Source: Amphiscolops sp. MND2022 (Eukaryota). Taken from it: 64,000 nt of DNA. The notes below the pieces were generated by a model, which was given only the letters and a program-made list of their open reading frames with translations, was not told the DNA's origin and searched no databases. The stretch lies in contig OZ076413.1 of assembly GCA_964187785.1 (NCBI GenBank), forward strand, positions 48,114,001-48,178,000, in the 5' to 3' direction. The first letter of the stretch is position 1. The number at the start of each line of letters is the position of its first letter. The position numbers and the translations under genes were made by a program. Below, piece by piece: positions 22,701 to 36,429 of the stretch.

Positions 22701-23452
22701 TTTGACCTCAGCTTATTTCGTTAATTTATACTTTCCGTCTATATTTCTAATGGGAAACGATAATTTTTCTCAGCTGCGTTTTTCCCGATATTTGCCAAGT
22801 TACAAATTCCTACTTCAAAAATTAGAATTTTTCCGCAGAATTGATCAAAAAATTGGTCCGTAGAACAAGTACTTGTGGAGGTATTCTAAGTTTCATCGAA
22901 AAGTGCCCGATATGAATTGTGTGGAAAATACCACAAAAAAAGCCAAAACAAAAATTATTTCTATTTCATGCGGTTTTTTACACTTTTTTGAAAAGTTTTG
23001 TGGTTATCTGTATCTGTAGTTCAACTATGCTGTACTTCAACATAATTTTTCCATGCAAATATCTCGAGCAATCCTCATTGAGATCAAAAGATACGAGCAC
23101 TTTTTTAGAATGTTGTTTACAAATACAAGTGTATCAAGCAAAAAAGAAATAGCGACCATCTACCATATGGTCTATATACAATAGTGTTATCAGCTTCATC
23201 GGTTTTGGCAATTCACTTAGTTGGTAGCATGAAAAGCTGAGTCATAATAGGTACGCTGATTAGGCTGCTGTTGAAATTTGTTTTTTGAGTTCGCTTTTTT
23301 AGTTTTTTCATTGAAACAATTAGCATGATCTTCAATGATGTAACATCGTCTTGGAGGTTTTGGCAAGACTCTTGATAAAAGTCGTTCCAAGTTTTTCACG
23401 AAAGTTCAAAATTTTCATCAGTAGTAAGAGAAGGGGGTTTAGAGCCACGTTT

Positions 23453-23601
23453 GGATCCCTGATCTTAATACATGCAATTCTCGTCGAAATTTAGGTCCTA
23501 CTGTAGAACCACTTTTGGATCCCTGATCTTAATACATGCAATTCTCATTGAAGCTTCGGTACTACTGTAGAACCATCTATGGATCCCTAATCTTAATACA
23601 T
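23453..23601 (+). repeat. 64-bp-period tandem repeats in the Polinton left terminal region
   Basis: ggatccct(g/a)atcttaatacat at 23453, 23517 and 23581. Confidence 0.85.
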
Positions 23602-24068
23602 TGACAATTGAATGTTTGATGTTTTGACTGCTCAAATTTCCAATGACTGCTGTTCAAACATGATAAAATCTCTCTGTTTTACCAACTTACAGCTTCATAT
23701 CTTCTGATATTAGATTCAAACTTCGAATATTATTCAACTATCGAACTGAATTGATCCATCTTTACATGAAAATGAACCAGTTTAAAAATCAGTTAAATTG
23801 AATAAACTTCTGAAAATGTCAAAAAACCAACTGATTTCAAAAATCACCATTTGTTTCACCTACCGAGAAAATACAGTTAAAATTGATGTGATAGTTCTTC
23901 AAAGTTCAAAAAAAGATGAATATCGAGTTTTCAAAAATGACGATATTGCTGTTATGGACCAATCTAAAACTTAACTTTTGGGATTCCAATCAAATTCAAC
24001 ATTTGCTTGGTAGAACAATATTAGATTTTGAGAACATTGGCATTCACGAGAAGTGAAAATTCAAATCA

Positions 24069-27000
24069 TTGAATAATGGTAATGAATTTGTCTGGTTGAA
24101 AAAGTCTTTGTTGAATGAAAGAGATGGTGATTTTTGCAGAAAGCCACATCCATGCCAAGACGCTTCCAGAATTTTCACATCCAAACAAACCTTGTATCAA
24201 CATATTCAAAGACAAGATCAAAAAGAACCAATTCTATCCCTCCCAAAGTTTCATTGTGTTCCTTGTCCCACTGAATGTAGTTCCACGGGCAATCTTCTTC
24301 GCCATTTGAGGAACCTACATAGTTTGAACGGAAATTTCAAATGCATTTGTAATACAAGTACTTCTGGTTTTTTGGAGAGCAAGAAGCATTCAATACTCAT
24401 TTGAGACATTCTCATGCAGTCACTGTTGGGCCCAGTATTACTAAAAGATCTGATTTCAGCGAGAGTGCAAAGATAGGTGACATCAAAGGAGCTTTCAAGT
24501 CTGTGTTCACAATCAATCGTTTGGAATTGAAGCCATCGGCTATAGAACCGTTTCATTACTTGGTGTCCAACACAAATCAAATTCGGTCTTCCATCAACGG
24601 AAAATTGCCAGAGAATGGGTCCACTAGAGTTCGTCTAACTATTCACGTTCGGTCGGTGAAACCATTGGAGGGAGAAACAGTAGTTGCCTACTTTCATACC
24701 CGTATGGAACGTCTGGGTTTTGAACTAGTTGAAGATGATTTCAACATTTTCGTTAATCAGCTGGTCTCTCAATTGAGTGTTTTTTGTTCTGGTAAATTTG
24801 GCTGGGTAGTGGAGACTCTACTCGGTGTAGAAGTAAAGGTTGCGGCTCCTGTTCGAGAATCAGGCTCCTCTTTCAACCCAACGCCTGCTATATTGAGTGA
24901 CCTCACAAGAAGTATTTTGAATGTCAAAAACAAAAAAAGATGAGATGTGTTTTCTGTATTCAGTATTGGCAGCATTGTATCCTCAGAAAAGTCACTGTGA
25001 CCGACCTTGTGCCTTTTTTAACTTGCTTGACAGAATGGAATACTGAATGCAAGACTTTCCTATGTGACTCAGTAAAATACGCTTCTTTGAGAAACGAAAT
25101 AATGTTTCCATTACAGTGTATCGCTTCGATCATGACAAGCTACACAATGCTTACCATTCTATAAACCGAGCCAGTCGAAAAAAGATTAGGCTACTTTTGC
25201 TGATGGATGGAACTAAAAAGAACTATTGTCTCATAAAAACTTCTCGAACTTGATGCATAAGCTGAATCGGTCATCCAAAAAGCGCGCCAAAGGTCCAAAG
25301 ACCAAGTTTTGCGGAAATTGTTTTGAACCTGTTATCCGTAAAAGCTATGGAAAACACGTAGAATTTTTTGAAAACCTCAAACCTCTGTAAATTCATATGC
25401 CTAGTGAATCTCAAATAATATCCTTAAGTAGTTGCAAAAAACACAATGGCGCGCTTTTGTTGTTTACACAGACTTGGAAGCAATCGATGTTCCCAGTACA
25501 AGTGATTGCTATATCGCTTCTAATACTACTGAGATTGAAAGACAATCTCCAGCCACTTTTGGAGCAGTTCTTTTCGACCAACAAAATAGCGCTTTGGTGA
25601 AAAGTGCTTTCTACAGAGGATCCGATTGTATTGACCGTCTGATGGAAAGTTCAAGAGACCGGTTGCTTTGGGCGTACTCGCAAAAGCAAATGCAGCGTAT
25701 CCTGAAGATTTCAGGAGTCGAACGTGCAGAAATGATGTCAGACCCAAACTTGGATTGTTGTATTTGTGGCAAGTTTGACGACAGCGTTCACAAAGTTATT
25801 CATCATTGCCATTTCACTGGTCAAAGTTTCGGTGTTGCGCACCCCGAATGCAACTTGAAAGCACGCTCAGTCACATTCTTGCCAGCTTATTAAAAACCTA
25901 AAACTGAAAAAAGGAGCGATTTTCTGCTATTTCCAGAACGGATGAAGTGTACATCTCCTTCAGTGTTTGAATCCAAGTTGGTTCTTACAAAACGAAAAAG
26001 GGAATATTGTCAAAGTTTGGAACACTTTGAGATTTTTGGACAAGTTTCAATTTTTGCCCCAAAGCTTAGATTCTCTAGCAAAAACGTTGAAGAAGACAGA
26101 TTTTGCCCTCCTCAAACACTATTTCACCGAAACCAGTCTCAACAAGGACTGGACTCTTCTCTGTGAAAAACAATTTTTCCCTATAGTTATCTTGATTCTT
26201 TTGAAAATTTCAATCAACCCCTACCGCCTTGCGGAAACGATTGGCGTAACACCCTGACTGGGAAAATTGATGTCACCAAAGATCAGTACCACATAGCATT
26301 GGATCTTCATAACTCATTTCAATGCCGCCCTCTGGGTGACTACCACGATATATATCTGAAAACTGATGTTTTAGAAGTGGCCGACGCTTTCCAGTTGTTC
26401 AGGCAGGTTTGCATGGAGGTTTATTCTCTTGATCCAGCACATTTTTTCACGGCACCAAATTTAAGCTGGGAAGCATTGTTGATTACGACAAGAGCCACAC
26501 TGGGCCTTCTGACAGATATCGACTTGTTGTTGTTTTTCGAAAAAAAACATTCGAGGAGAAATAAATGGAATCGGTGAACTACGGCACTTTGTAGCCAACA
26601 ACAAAGACCTTGATTCCTTTGATGTTAGTCAACCGTCAGTGTTTGGAGCATTCCTCGATGTGACTTCTCTCTACGCTGGCACCATGCAGCGAACACTTCC
26701 TTCAGATTTTTATTCGTAGAATGAGACTATTACACTCGCTAAGGTCCTCAATACTAGTGAAGATTCTCCAGTTGGCCATTTTGTTGAAGTTTGTTGAGCG
26801 ACACGATTCCCACGATGATTTGCAACTCGCACCAGAGAAATTATCAAATCAACAATCCTGGTAATCCCCCTTTGCAGGAAGCTTTGGAGTCAAAATTGCT
26901 TGTGAGGTTCCAAAAAAGCTAATCGAGACACTTTTTGACAAGCTAAGTTATGTCTGTCACTATCGAAAATTGAAGTTTTACTTGAAGCATGGACTCAAAG

Positions 27001-27830
27001 TGAAACAACTTCGCCGTGCTTTAAAATTCAGACAGAGCAAATGGCTTGGTGGTTACCTAAAGAAAAATACAGTCATGAGAAAACAAGCTTCTAACGACTT
27101 TGAGAAAAGTTTTTATAAATTGATGAGTACCGCTTGTTTTGGCAAGACTATGGAAAACCTTCGTAATCGGCCAAAACCTATTTCCAAAAGCCAAACTTCA
27201 AGGGGTTTCAAATAAGTCACGATTCTTTAGTATCAGTCACCCTCTTTTCCGACAAAATATATTGGAGTAAACTAACTCCAGTTGGTGCCTCTATCCTAGA
27301 CCTCTCCAAGCTTTGCCTCTATCGCTTTCATTATGAAGAAATGAAACCCTGCTATGGTGATCACTTGAAAGTTTGCTACGGGATACGGATTCGTTACTTT
27401 ATTGAATAGAAATTAACGATTTATAAAGTGAAATGCATGTCTTTAAACACTCGCTGGACCTGTCTGACTATCCTGAGAGGCACTTTTTGCGTGACAAATC
27501 CAACAAAAAGTTGCTAATGACAATGACTGAGGAAGTGCAAGGGAAAATACTGAATGAGATTGTGTGCCTCCGATCCAAATTGTGTAGTATACAGTTCGAA
27601 GGTGACGTGAAGGAAAGTGCAAAGGGTATCCAGAAGAGCGTGAAGAAGACTACATCATGATCTTTCAAATCATGTCTCTTTGATCAATGACCCAATTGCG
27701 TCTTACCACTCATCAAATTGTCATGAATCGAGAGAACAAAAAAGCTCTGAGTTGTTTTGACGACAAGAGATATCTACTAGAGGTGGGATTGAGGTCTTTG
27801 GCTTATGGACACTATTTTCTGCAAAACTAT
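24069..27830 (+). pseudogene. Polinton protein-primed family B DNA polymerase, copy 1, with N-terminal C2H2 zinc fingers and endonuclease-VII-like insert
   Basis: C2H2 (CVPC..LLRHLRNLH), Exo I YTDLEA, CCICG..HHCHFTG..AHPECNL, Exo III YLKTDVLEVAD, DVTSLYAGTM, KSFYKLMSTACFGK, YGDTDS and KGI, spread over several frames. Confidence 0.92.
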
Positions 27831-30800
27831 CCTGCACTTTGTTAGTTTCGCATCATTACGTGAGCCAAGGTTTCGATGGCGAATATTCACAACCTAATTG
27901 TTTTCGTTTTTGACAGAAAGTGGCCATTGCTTCAAGTCTGAAAGCGAACAAAGTTCATCTTCGTCGAATCCGAATGTCTTGAGCAACAATGACGAACGTA
28001 ACAGCAATTCTTGTTCATCTTTAATGTCTTCGAACCACGTGGAGGCAACCAGAACTCTTTTTCTGCAGTCCTTAGCTGAAGCCATTTGTCAATTCTGTAA
28101 TGCATTCTACTGCTTTGAAATAATGTTTGACACATTATTAATTGTATATGTTTCAGGTCTCCCGGATCCTGGTTTTCACCAGCAAGCACAATAGGATACT
28201 GAGGATAGTGAATCTTGTATGGATTGGAACAAGTACGAAAAGATTGCGGCTGCAGAACAACAAAAGCAATCCAAACTTGCAAAATGTCCCTTCATTGATG
28301 ACGAGCTAATCGAAACAAGTGACTAAAGTGACGGTGAAGTTGTTATCAAGATAAAGAAACAAGCGCAGCGCCTAGTATCAAATAGTGACAACTCTAGTTC
28401 AGTATGTGAGTAAAAAATGAAACAGAAACAACACTTGTACTTAAAGGTTTGTATTGAACTCTTGTACTACATACAATTTCAGTAGCCCACATTTGTTCAC
28501 AAAAAAAATAAAGAATGTATTTAAAACTTTCCATACAATGTGAATTGAAGAATCTAACCAAAGTTTCATTGTGTTCCTTGTCCCACTGAATGTAGTTCCA
28601 CGGGCAATCTTCTTCGCCATTTGAGGAACCTACATAGTTTGAACGGAAATTTCAAATGCATTTGTAATATAAGTTTTTCTGGATTTTTGGAGAGCAAGAA
28701 GCATTCAATACTCATTTGAGACATTCTCATGCAGTCACTGTTGGGCCCAGTATTACTAAAAGATCTGATTTCAGCGAGAGTGCAAAGAAAGGTGACATCA
28801 AAAAAGCTTTCAAGTCTGTGTTCACAATCAATCGTTTGGAATTGAAGCCATCGGCTATAGAACCGTTTCATTACTTGGTGTCCAACACAAATCGAATTCT
28901 GTCTTCCATCAACGGAAAATTGCCAGAGAATGGGTCCACTAGAGTTCGTCTAACTATTCACGTTCGGTTGTTGAAACCATTGAAGGGAAAAACAGTAGTT
29001 GCCTACTTTTATACCATACCCGTATAAAACGTCTGGGTTTTGAACTAGTTGAAGATGATTTCAACAATTTCGTTGATCAGCTGGTCTCTCAATTGAGTGT
29101 TTTTTGTTCTGGTAAATTTGGCGGGGTAGTGGAGACTCTACTCGGTGTAGAAGTAAAGGCTGCGGCTCCTGTTCGAGAACCAGGCTCCTCTTTCAACCCA
29201 ACGCCTGCTATATTGAGTGACCTCACAAGAAGTATTTTGAATGTCAAAAACAAAAAAAGATGAGATGTGTTTTCTGTATTCAGTATTGGCAGCATTGTAT
29301 CCTCAGAAAAATCACTGTGACCGACCTTGTGCCTTTTTTAACTTGCTTGACAGAATGGAATACTGAATGCAAGACTTTCCTATGTGACTCAGTAAAATAC
29401 GCTTCTTTGAGAAACGAAATAATGTTTCCATTACAGTGTATCGCTTCGATCATGACAAGCTACACAATGCTTACCATTTTATAAACCGAGCCAGTCGAAA
29501 AAAGATTAGGCTACTTTTGCTGATGGATTGAACTAAAAATCACTATTGTCTCATAAAAACTTCTCGAACTTGATGCATAAGCTGAATCGGTCATCCAAAA
29601 AGCGCGCCGATGGTCCAAAGACCAGGTTTTGCGGAAATTGTTTTGAACCTGTTATCCGTAAAAGCTATGGAAAACACGTAGATTTTTTTGAAAACCCCAA
29701 ACCTCTGTAAATTCATATGCCTAGTGAATCTCAAATAATATCCTTAAGTAGTTGCAAAAAACACAATGGCGCCCTTTTGTTGTTTACACAGACTTGGAAG
29801 CAATCGATGTTCCCAGTACAAGTGATTGCTCTATCGCTTCTAATACTACTGAGATTGAAAGACAATCTCCAGCCACTTTTGGAGCAGTGCTTTTCGACCA
29901 ACAAAAAAGCCCTTTGGTGAAAAGTGCTTTCTACAGAGGATCCGATTGTATTGACCGTCTGATGGAAAGTTCAAGAGACCGGTTGCTTTGGGCGTACTCG
30001 CAAAAGCAAATGCAGCGTATCCTGAAGATTTCAGGAGTCGAACGTGCAGAAATGAAGTCAGACCCAAACTCGGATTGTTGTATTTGTGGCAATTTTGACG
30101 ACAGCAATCACAAAGTTATTCATCATTGCCATTTCACTGGTCAAAGTTTTGGTGTTGCGCACCCCGAATGCAACTTGAAAGCACGCTCAGTCACATTCTT
30201 GCCAGCTTTTTTGTCAATAATTTTGCTCGTTATGATGCCCATCAGGTTATTAAAAACCTAAAACTGAAAAAAGGAGCGATTTTCTGCTATTTCCAGAACG
30301 GATGAAGTGTACATCTCCTTCAGTGTTTGAATCCAAGTTGGTTCTTACAAAACGAAAAGGGGAATATTGTCAAAGTTTGGAACACTTTGAGATTTTTGGA
30401 CAAGTTTCAATTCTTGCCCCAAAGCTTAGATTCCCTAGCAAAAACGTTGAAGAAGACAGATTTTGCCCTCCTCAAACACTATTTCACCGAAACCAGCCCC
30501 AACAAGGACTGGACTCTTCTCTGCCAAAAACGATTTTTTCCCTATAGATATCTTGATTCTTTTGAAAACTTCAATCAACCCCTACCGCCTTGCGGAAACG
30601 ATTGGCGTAACACCCTGACTGGGAAAATTGATGTCACCAAAGATCAGTACCACATAGCATTGGATCTTCATAACTCATTTCAATGCCGGCCTCTGGGTGA
30701 CTACCACGATTTATATCTGAAAACTGGTGTTTTAGAAGTGGCCGACGCTTTCCAGTTGTTCAGGCAGGTTTGCATGGAGGTTTATTCTCTTGATCCAGCA

Positions 30801-32916
30801 CATTTTTCCACGGCACCAAATTTAAGCTGGGAAGCATTGTTGATTACGACAAGAGCCACACTGGGCCTTCTGACAGATATCGACTTGTTGTTGTTTTTCG
30901 AAAAAAACATTCGAGGAGAAATAAATGGAATCGGTGAACTACGGCACTTTGTAGCCAACAACAAAGACCTTGATTCCTTTGATGTTAGTCAGCCGTCAGT
31001 GTATGGAGCATTCTTCGATGTGACTTCTCTCTACGCTGGCACCATGCAGCAATCACTTCCTTCAGATTTTTATACGTAGAATGAGACTAATACACTCGCT
31101 AAGGTCCTCAATACTAGCGAAGATTCTCCAGTTGGCCATTTTGTTGAAGTTTGTTGAGCTACACGATTCCCACGATGATTTGCAACTCGCACCAGAGAAA
31201 TTATCAAATCAACAATCCTGGTAATCCACCTTTGCAGGAAGCTTTGGAGTCAAAATTGCTTGTGAGGTTCCAAAAAAGCTTATCGAGACACTTTTTGACA
31301 AGCTAAGTTATGTCTGTCACTATCGAAAATTGAAGTTTTACTTGAAGCATGGACTCAAAGTCAAACAACAACGCTGTGCTTTAAAATTCAGACAGAGCAA
31401 ATGGCTTGGTGGTTACCTAAAGAAAAATACAGTCATGAGAAAACAAGCTGCTAACGACTTTGAGAAAAGTTTTTATAAATTGATGAGTACCGCTTGTTTT
31501 GGCAAGACTATGGAAAACCTTCGTAATCGGCCGAAACCTATTTCCAAAAGCCAAACTTCAAGGGGTTTCAAATAAGTCACGATTCTTTAGTATCAGTCAC
31601 CCTCTTTTCCGACAAAATATATTGGAGTAAACTAACTCCAGTTGGTGCCTCTATCCTAGACCTCTCCAAGCTTTGCCTCTATCGCTTTCATTATGAAGAA
31701 ATGAAACCCTGCTATGGTGATCACTTGAAAGTTTGCTACGGGATACGGATTCGTTACTTTATCGAATAGAAACTAACGATTTATACAGTGAAATGCATGT
31801 CTTTAAACACTTGCTGGACCTGTCTGACTATCCTGAGAGGCACTTTTTGCGTGACAAATCCAACAAAAAGTTGCTAATGACAATGACTGAGGAAGTGCAA
31901 GGGAAAATACTGAATGAGATTGTGTGCCTCCGATCCAAATTGTGTAGTATACAGTTCGAAGGTGACGTGAAGGAAAGTGCAAAGGGTATCCAGAAGAGCG
32001 TGAAGAAGACTACATCATGATCTTTCAAATCATGTCTCTTTGATCAATGACCCAATTGCGTCTTACCACTCATCAAATTGTCATGAATCGAGAGAACAAA
32101 AAAGCTCTGAGTTGTTTTGACGACAAGAGATATCTACTAGAGGTGGGATTGAGGTCTTGGCTTATGGACACTATTTTCTGCAAAACTATCCTGCACTTTG
32201 TTAGTTTCGCATCATTACGTGAGCCAAGGTTTCGATGGCGAATATTCACAACCTAATTGTTTTCGTTTTTGACAGAAAGTGGCCATTGCTTCAAGTCTGA
32301 AAGCGAACAAAGTTCATCTTCGTCGAATCCGAATGTCTTGAGCAACAATGACGAACGTAACAGCAATTCTTGTTCATCTTTAATGTCTTCGAACCACGTG
32401 GAGGCAACCAGAACTCTTTTTCTGCAGTCCTTAGCTGAAGCCATTTGTCAATTCTGTAATGCATTCTACTGCTTTGAAATAAGGTTTGGCACATTATTAA
32501 TTGTATATGTTTCAGGTCTCCCAGATCCTGGTTTTCACCAGCAAGCACAAACGGATACTGAGGATAATGAATCTTTTATGGATTGGAACAAGTACGAAAA
32601 GATTGCGGCTGCAGAACAACAAAAGCAATCCAAACTTGCAAAATGTCCCTTCATTGATGACGAGCTAATAGAAACAAGTGACTAAAGTGACGGTGAAGTT
32701 GTTATCAAGATAAAGAAACAAGCTCAGCGCCTAGTATCGTATAGTGACAACTCTAGTTCAGTATGTGAGTAGAAAATGAAACAGAAAAAACACTTGTACT
32801 TAAAGGTTTGTATTGAACTCTTGTACTACATACAAGTTCAGTAGCCCACATTTGTTTACAAAAAAATAAAGAATGTATTTAAAATTTTCCATACAATGTG
32901 AATTGAAGAATCTAAC
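24244..32916 (+). repeat. Direct tandem duplication, units 24244-28558 and 28559-32916
   Basis: Junction gaagaatctaac|caaagtttcattg at 28558/28559 joins the protease 3' end to the zinc-finger region. Paired ORFs are offset by 4315-4360 bp. Confidence 0.95.
28559..32190 (+). pseudogene. Polinton pPolB, copy 2 (5'-truncated tandem duplicate)
   Basis: Near-identical to 24244-27830 with the same motifs (FFPYRYLD, FFDVTSLYAGTM, KLMSTACFGK, DTDS). Retains a 40-bp segment (~30209-30248) that is deleted in copy 1. Confidence 0.92.
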
Positions 32917-33479
32917 TAGAAAGTCAATCTCAGTAATCGTTACTGCGAAAAATTGAATAACTAGTTGTTTCAATGATTTGAGACGTTTATCAAGCAATCG
33001 ACCGAAATTGTGAATCATATATAGGCAAAATAAACCGCACAAGTTTGAGCTAGGCTTTTGAAGGGATTGTTTTATCAGAAAAGTTTCATCAACTTTAAGT
33101 GTAATTTTTTGTAGACGCCGGTTGAAGTTTGCACAGTTGGATAAATCTTGTCCCAAGCAATCCCAAACATGAAAAATTTTGTCTTCCAGCCATTTTTCAT
33201 GCGCACTTGCTTCTCTTTCTCCGTTCTTTGATTATATATTGCCCTTCGATTCAATTATAATGAGACACACTAGTAGCCAATGCTGACCGATTTCGCCCGC
33301 CTTTGATGTATTAACTACTTGAAAGAAAAATGTTCAATGTAGAGATTTTTGCGATCGTAGGTAACGCTCTTTCAAGTCCTTGTCTGAGAGAAAATTGTTT
33401 GCAGAAACGATGCCAAAGCATTTCTCAGAAATTGTAGGACACAATTCTGGGTGACGTGCATCAGAGTTTCATTATCCAT
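32800..33479 (-). pseudogene. Adenain-like (adenovirus-type) cysteine maturation protease
   Basis: Catalytic motifs in order on the minus strand: IGQHWLLV (His), VWDCLG (Asp), LQKPSSNLCGLFCLY (Gln/Cys); frameshifted near the 5' end. Confidence 0.85.
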
Positions 33480-33483
33480 TGTT

Positions 33484-34800
33484 CAGTAGCCAGAGTTTTT
33501 CAGAATATTTCAACTTGCATTAATTGTAATGTGGCTGAACCGTTCACCAATCAAAAACAATCAACTGCTTCGGTCAACGCTGCAGCAAAAGTCAATTTTA
33601 GGGTTAAGCCAGCGCCAGTCAGTTCGGGAAACAATATCAAGCTTTTACTTGCATCTCTAGTGGAAGTTAGGTCAAACACCAGAAAGAAGTGGTTGTCTTC
33701 GTTTCCTGCCAGGGTAATTCGTTGCCTATCCGCTCAAATTCCAAGGCTGTTGTGACATTGTAGTAGAAACTGGAACAGTTGGTAGTGTGTATTGGAGTAC
33801 CGGCGATTGGTAAGGCATTTCGACGCTGCAATTCTACTTTGCAAGTTGAGCTTTTAGTATCGAAAAGGAGTTGAGGCTAAAGTAGTACCCCTAAAGTAGC
33901 GATTACAAACCATGCATAGTGTCAATCGGCGAATTGGTTCGGTTCCAAAAATGTTTCCAATACAAAGCAATTCTGACCAGCCTGAATAATGAAGCTTTTG
34001 CTCAAGTTTTCAATGCAACAATAGACTGCTTTGCTTTTGATCAATGCCCGCTCAATGCTAAATATAAGCGGAAAAGACATTTTTAATGACAAAAAACGAA
34101 GCTTTCCCAATAATAACTATCGGAGGGTTCCGATCTAAAACTTTTGCATCCACTGTGTTCAATGTTGTTAGAGTTTCCATTGCGCAGTGGTTTGTTGATC
34201 AATAAAATCTGAAATGTAGCATAACGCCAGACAACAGTAGTTGTTCTCATTCCAGAAAAAAAATGTGCGGCGCGCCATGCAAATACAACGAGCACTTGCT
34301 CTCTCTGGCAAATCTTGCCACAATCTCAGTTTTAATCGCGGCGTTTTTCGTTTGGTTCCCTCGGTAACGGTAGACCTGACAGTGAGCCCAAGTGTCGTTG
34401 CTGGTGGTGTCGGTTGACAATTCAGTTCCAACAAAAGCCGAATGATGATAGTTGTTGTTGCTGCTCGAAATTAAATATTATTGAGAAAGAGTTCTACGTG
34501 AGAAAAGAGAGAGTGTAGAGTATTGTTGCAAAAATGATATTTTCTGAACCTTCAGCTGCATCTTTGCCATCTGGCTTGTAGAGTGGTTTTTCGAGAGCAA
34601 GGCAAATCCTATTCAAGTCAATGCAGTTTTTGCTGTCAGCCGTTACAAAAAATCTAGTTGAGGTCCGTGACAGCCATCGTGTGGGAAAACCTCCTGATCA
34701 AACGATTCCTCACAGTTGATGAGCACAAATGGTCGTTAGAAAAATCTCACTACTGCACTTGCCAGCAAACGTATTAGAGCTTGATGGCACTTTCGCAAGT
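33484..34800 (-). pseudogene. Polinton major capsid protein (double jelly-roll, PY/hexon-like)
   Basis: Fragments QLDFFVTADSKNCIDLNRICL, NNTLHSLFSHVELFLN, IIQAGQNCFVLE and HFFLVFDLTSTRDASKSLILFPELTGAGLTLKLTFAAALTEAVDCFLIGERFS resemble Maverick MCP. Size (~1.3 kb) and position next to the protease fit. Confidence 0.8.
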
Positions 34801-34869
34801 GTAGTAGTGATTGTAGAGATGGTGGTAGAGGTGGTGGTGGTGGTAGTGGTGGTATTCGTGGTTTCAGAA

Positions 34870-35342
34870 GAGCAAGGTAATCTGTAAAGGCAACGCTAGA
34901 CAAACTGTCGGACCGTTTTTGTTGGAAATAGCGTCGCCGCTTTTTGTCTTTTTTGCTACAAAGTTTGTCGCTGTCACTGTACGACATCCAGAACCGATCG
35001 CCCGGCCGTCCACACGCCGCGTTTCGCCGCCCGACCGATCGCCGCTCGTAGGCGGGTCCGGCTGCCCAATGGTTGCTTTTGAAGTTTTTTTCGAAGATCC
35101 TTGCAGTGCTTGGCGCGGTCTCGTCTTCCCCGCTACCAGTTTAGGAATATCTGGTACGAAGGACTACATCAGGTTCATACCAAACTCTTTTGCCACTGGT
35201 ACAAAATATTTTTTGATCACAGGCACAGCCACCCGGCCCATTCTCACGGCAAATGCACCCACACCGCCCGATGCGTCTTGCCGTGCTGGTCCCTGAATCA
35301 AACTTACATTGGCGGAGGGCTTTTATTGAATCTGTTGATCAT
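34870..35342 (-). pseudogene. Small basic Polinton protein (putative virion core/membrane-active protein)
   Basis: Reads GPARQDASGGVGAFAVRMGRVAVPVIKKYFVPVAKEFGMNLM*SFVPDIPKLVAGKTRPRQAL with one in-frame stop; lies between minor and major capsid genes. Confidence 0.55.
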
Positions 35343-35453
35343 AGTGTTGGTCAATTGTCTGTTCCGCAACCAAAAACACAACTGTTTTCTTCAAGAGAGT
35401 AAGTGGAAAATGAATTGAAATTGATTTGACGCTTCTACGAAAATGAAATGTTT

Positions 35454-36418
35454 TTAATCATTTACAACCCGTTTGAATTGTAGAGTCAAGTTTGTACGAC
35501 TACGACTGGAGAAGGTAATCAAGTCACCAGTTTCGCTTCTCAACGAAATTGTAATTGATTGAATGGAACTTTCGATGAGTCGACGCCGCTGTAGCTTTGT
35601 AAAAGATTGCTGATTGCCTCTGACCGAAGAAGATAGTGGTATAGCTTGCGACAGTGCAGTCTGAGTGTCTCCCAAGGTTTCGTTTTTGAACCAAAGCACA
35701 GTAGAGAAACATAGTGAAGCAGCGAGCTGTCAAATCAACTGGATACTTTCCTCTTCTGCTTGTGATTTTATCACCAACGTTCAGCTTCAACTGTTTCGCT
35801 TTTCCTTTGTCGGGGTCTGTGGCGCCTCCTTCCTGGTCACAATCTATCAGGGTATAGGTTCTCAAAATGTTTTTTAAATCTCTCGAAACAGCTCTCACGA
35901 TAATCTTTTCATCCTCGGCACATTTATAAATCGAGTCGATTTGTGATATTGAGCAAACTTTCCATTTCACTGGAAGCATATTTGGATCAGCTTTGTTGTT
36001 GTACACTTTAGAAAAGATTGTTTCCAGCAAAGTGCCTATGGTCGGGTACAATCCTGCGGGTATTGTATCAAACACTTCCTCACCATACTTTCCAACCTTG
36101 TCTTTTGATGGAACTGATTGTTTGCGAGGATCAAGCATCGTCACCAATCGGTAGTTTTAAGACGCGTGTAAAAACCGGTGTTTCTTCGGCGTTTCCGCTT
36201 CATCACTAGAGTGTTTCTGCGTACTGATTTTGCCTTCCGTAACATTTTCAATCAAATCGGGCCATGAAATTTCAACAAACGCCACATACCACTCACCCTG
36301 CAAGTGGATTTGTTCCGGTAACAGTGTGGTAAAGTGCGCCATAGTGTTTTCCGGGAACGTGGACATTGAGTGGTTGGAAACTAGATTTGAATGAAAAACT
36401 GCCTTGTGATGAATTCAT
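35454..36418 (-). pseudogene. Polinton minor capsid protein (penton-like)
   Basis: N-terminus SMSTFPENTMAHFTTLLPEQIHLQGEWYVAFVEISWP, middle IPAGLYPTI, C-terminus IQSITISLRSETGDLITF..TNLTLQFKR, typical of Maverick minor capsid; frameshifted. Confidence 0.82.
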
Positions 36419-36429
36419 CCTGAGTGATG

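Noticed and set aside
23453..23601. CRISPR-like repeat-spacer pattern (64-bp period)
   Set aside because: The intervening sequences are themselves similar (tactgtagaacca), so this is a tandem repeat.
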